64,000 nucleotides of DNA, taken from an uncultured delta proteobacterium (GTDB lineage Bacteria > Myxococcota_A > Polyangia > Haliangiales > Haliangiaceae). A model generated the notes under the pieces. That model was not told where the DNA came from, ran no database searches, and worked only from the letters and a program-made list of their open reading frames with translations. Of this stretch, positions 61,982 to 64,000 are shown piece by piece; position 1 is the first letter of the stretch, and each line of letters starts with the position of its first letter. The position numbers were made by a program, and so were the translations under genes. Location: positions 1,760,001 through 1,824,000 of the forward strand of contig CAWKDB010000010.1 in NCBI GenBank assembly GCA_963848295.1. Direction: 5' to 3'.

Positions 61982-63316
61982 ATGCGCACCGCAGCCGTCG
62001 TCACCGCGATGATCCTCGCTGCCAGCGTGGCTCGTGCCGGCAGTGACCCGCGGATCCCGACGTTGGTCGAGCAGCTCGACAAGATCACGTCCGCGCTGAG
62101 CTTCGCCGAGACCGATCCGATCGCGAAGCAGCTGATCGATATCGGCGAGCCGGCGGTCGACGCGCTGATCGACGTGATCGCGTGGGATCCTCGCATGACC
62201 CGCGCGACGTTCGATCGCGAGAGCGAGCTCGACCAGCCGATCGTCGTACCGGTCTATGTCGCGGCTTACACGATCGTCGAGCGGATCATCAACACGAGCT
62301 TCTTCTCGAGCGAGCGTTACGGCCGGCTGGTCGGCGGAGACCGCGCCGAGGTCGTCGCCGAGCTGCGCGCGCACTGGGCCGCGGTCCGCAAGTTTCCGCA
62401 CCGGGCCGATCGCTGGTTCGCGATCCTGTCCGATGACAATGCGACGCCGGACGATTGGGTCGACTCTGCGGGCCGGATCACCGGGCCGACCAAGGAGTTC
62501 TTCGCGCCCGATCGGCGACTGCCGGTGCGCGACGGGATCCGCGGCGAAGAGCTGCGCAGCCGCACGACGCCATCGGTGACCGAGCTGATCGAGAAGCGGA
62601 TCGCCGAAGTCCCGGTCGACGACGGCTGCACGTTGACCGAGATGCTCGTCCGCTGGGATTCGACGATCGCGCTGCCGATCGTGCGCTCGCAGATGGCACG
62701 CGCGTTCGCCCAGACCGGCACGACGCACGAGCTGCACGGCTGCTTGTCGTCGCTCGTCGAGCTCCGCTCCGCCCTCGGTGATCTGACCGGGGTCGACGAG
62801 TACGCGACGTGGCTCGCCGGGACGGTCGCGCCCGACAGCTACGTCACCGGCGAGCTCGAGCCGCTCGGCGCGCACGCCGATCGGCCAGCGGCGCAGCACG
62901 CGGCCGAGATCCTGTTCGGCCGCGGGTCGCCGTGGCTACCTCTCGTCGACCTCGCGAACATCGAGAACAGCGCGATCCATCCGTGGATCGCGTTGCCGCT
63001 CTACGGCCTCGCCGGCTTCCGCGCGCACCTGGCGGCCGCGCTCGCCGACACGCACGTCGTCGCGACGGTCGTGACCGAGCCGCCGCGGCGCTATCGGGTC
63101 GACCACGCCGACTGGACGTACGGCTACGACCTCGCGGCCGGCGACGCCACGCTCGGCAAGGTCGTGTCGCAGCCGGTTCGCGTCTGCGATTTCTACGCGC
63201 ACGAGATCGCCAAGCGCGAGGGCGCCCCGAAGTTCGAGCTCTACTGGTCGCTCGCGCGCCGCACCGCGGCGATCAAGGCTCAGCTCGGGTGGCTCGCGAC
63301 GCTCGCGAAGCACTGA
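61982..63316 (+). CDS. Secreted hypothetical protein (HEAT-like N-terminus)
   Basis: Signal peptide; LIDIGEPAVDALI. Confidence 0.65.
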   Translation: MRTAAVVTAMILAASVARAGSDPRIPTLVEQLDKITSALSFAETDPIAKQLIDIGEPAVDALIDVIAWDPRMTRATFDRESELDQPIVVPVYVAAYTIVERIINTSFFSSERYGRLVGGDRAEVVAELRAHWAAVRKFPHRADRWFAILSDDNATPDDWVDSAGRITGPTKEFFAPDRRLPVRDGIRGEELRSRTTPSVTELIEKRIAEVPVDDGCTLTEMLVRWDSTIALPIVRSQMARAFAQTGTTHELHGCLSSLVELRSALGDLTGVDEYATWLAGTVAPDSYVTGELEPLGAHADRPAAQHAAEILFGRGSPWLPLVDLANIENSAIHPWIALPLYGLAGFRAHLAAALADTHVVATVVTEPPRRYRVDHADWTYGYDLAAGDATLGKVVSQPVRVCDFYAHEIAKREGAPKFELYWSLARRTAAIKAQLGWLATLAKH

Positions 63317-63320
63317 CCCG

Positions 63321-64000
<680 letters not shown>

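Overview
GC-rich bacterial chromosomal segment. Gene content (TIGR02266-type PilZ, MshEN, PEGA, many lipoproteins with DA-rich linkers, sigma-54 activator) suggests Myxococcota, probably Kofleriaceae/Haliangiales-like; this is inference. About 55 genes: a LamB-like porin and GH13 amylase, ACE-like M2 peptidase, tatD-tcdA-Prx5-accC and a split acyl-CoA carboxylase, tRNA-Gln and tRNA-Met, an acyl-CoA dehydrogenase pair, GH71, Hsp70 plus J-protein, fabH, recQ, YdeP, HK plus PilZ-REC, an alarmone synthetase and a TPR metallopeptidase. Five small toxin-antitoxin-like inserts lie between these genes, and I recognise no recombinase in the window. Best signals: (1) a hicAB cassette bounded by a perfect 34-bp direct repeat of the porin gene's 3' end; (2) three DUF6036-like nucleotidyltransferase modules with different partners, one bounded by a 12-bp inverted repeat; (3) a repeated sigma-54 promoter plus CGTTGC-N5-GCAACG palindrome at identical spacing; (4) a membrane pseudokinase with only a C-lobe. 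Four +1 frameshifts share a wobble C/G signature and are probably assembly artefacts. No CRISPR, rRNA, integrase or transposase was seen. Family calls come from motif recognition by eye, not from database searches.
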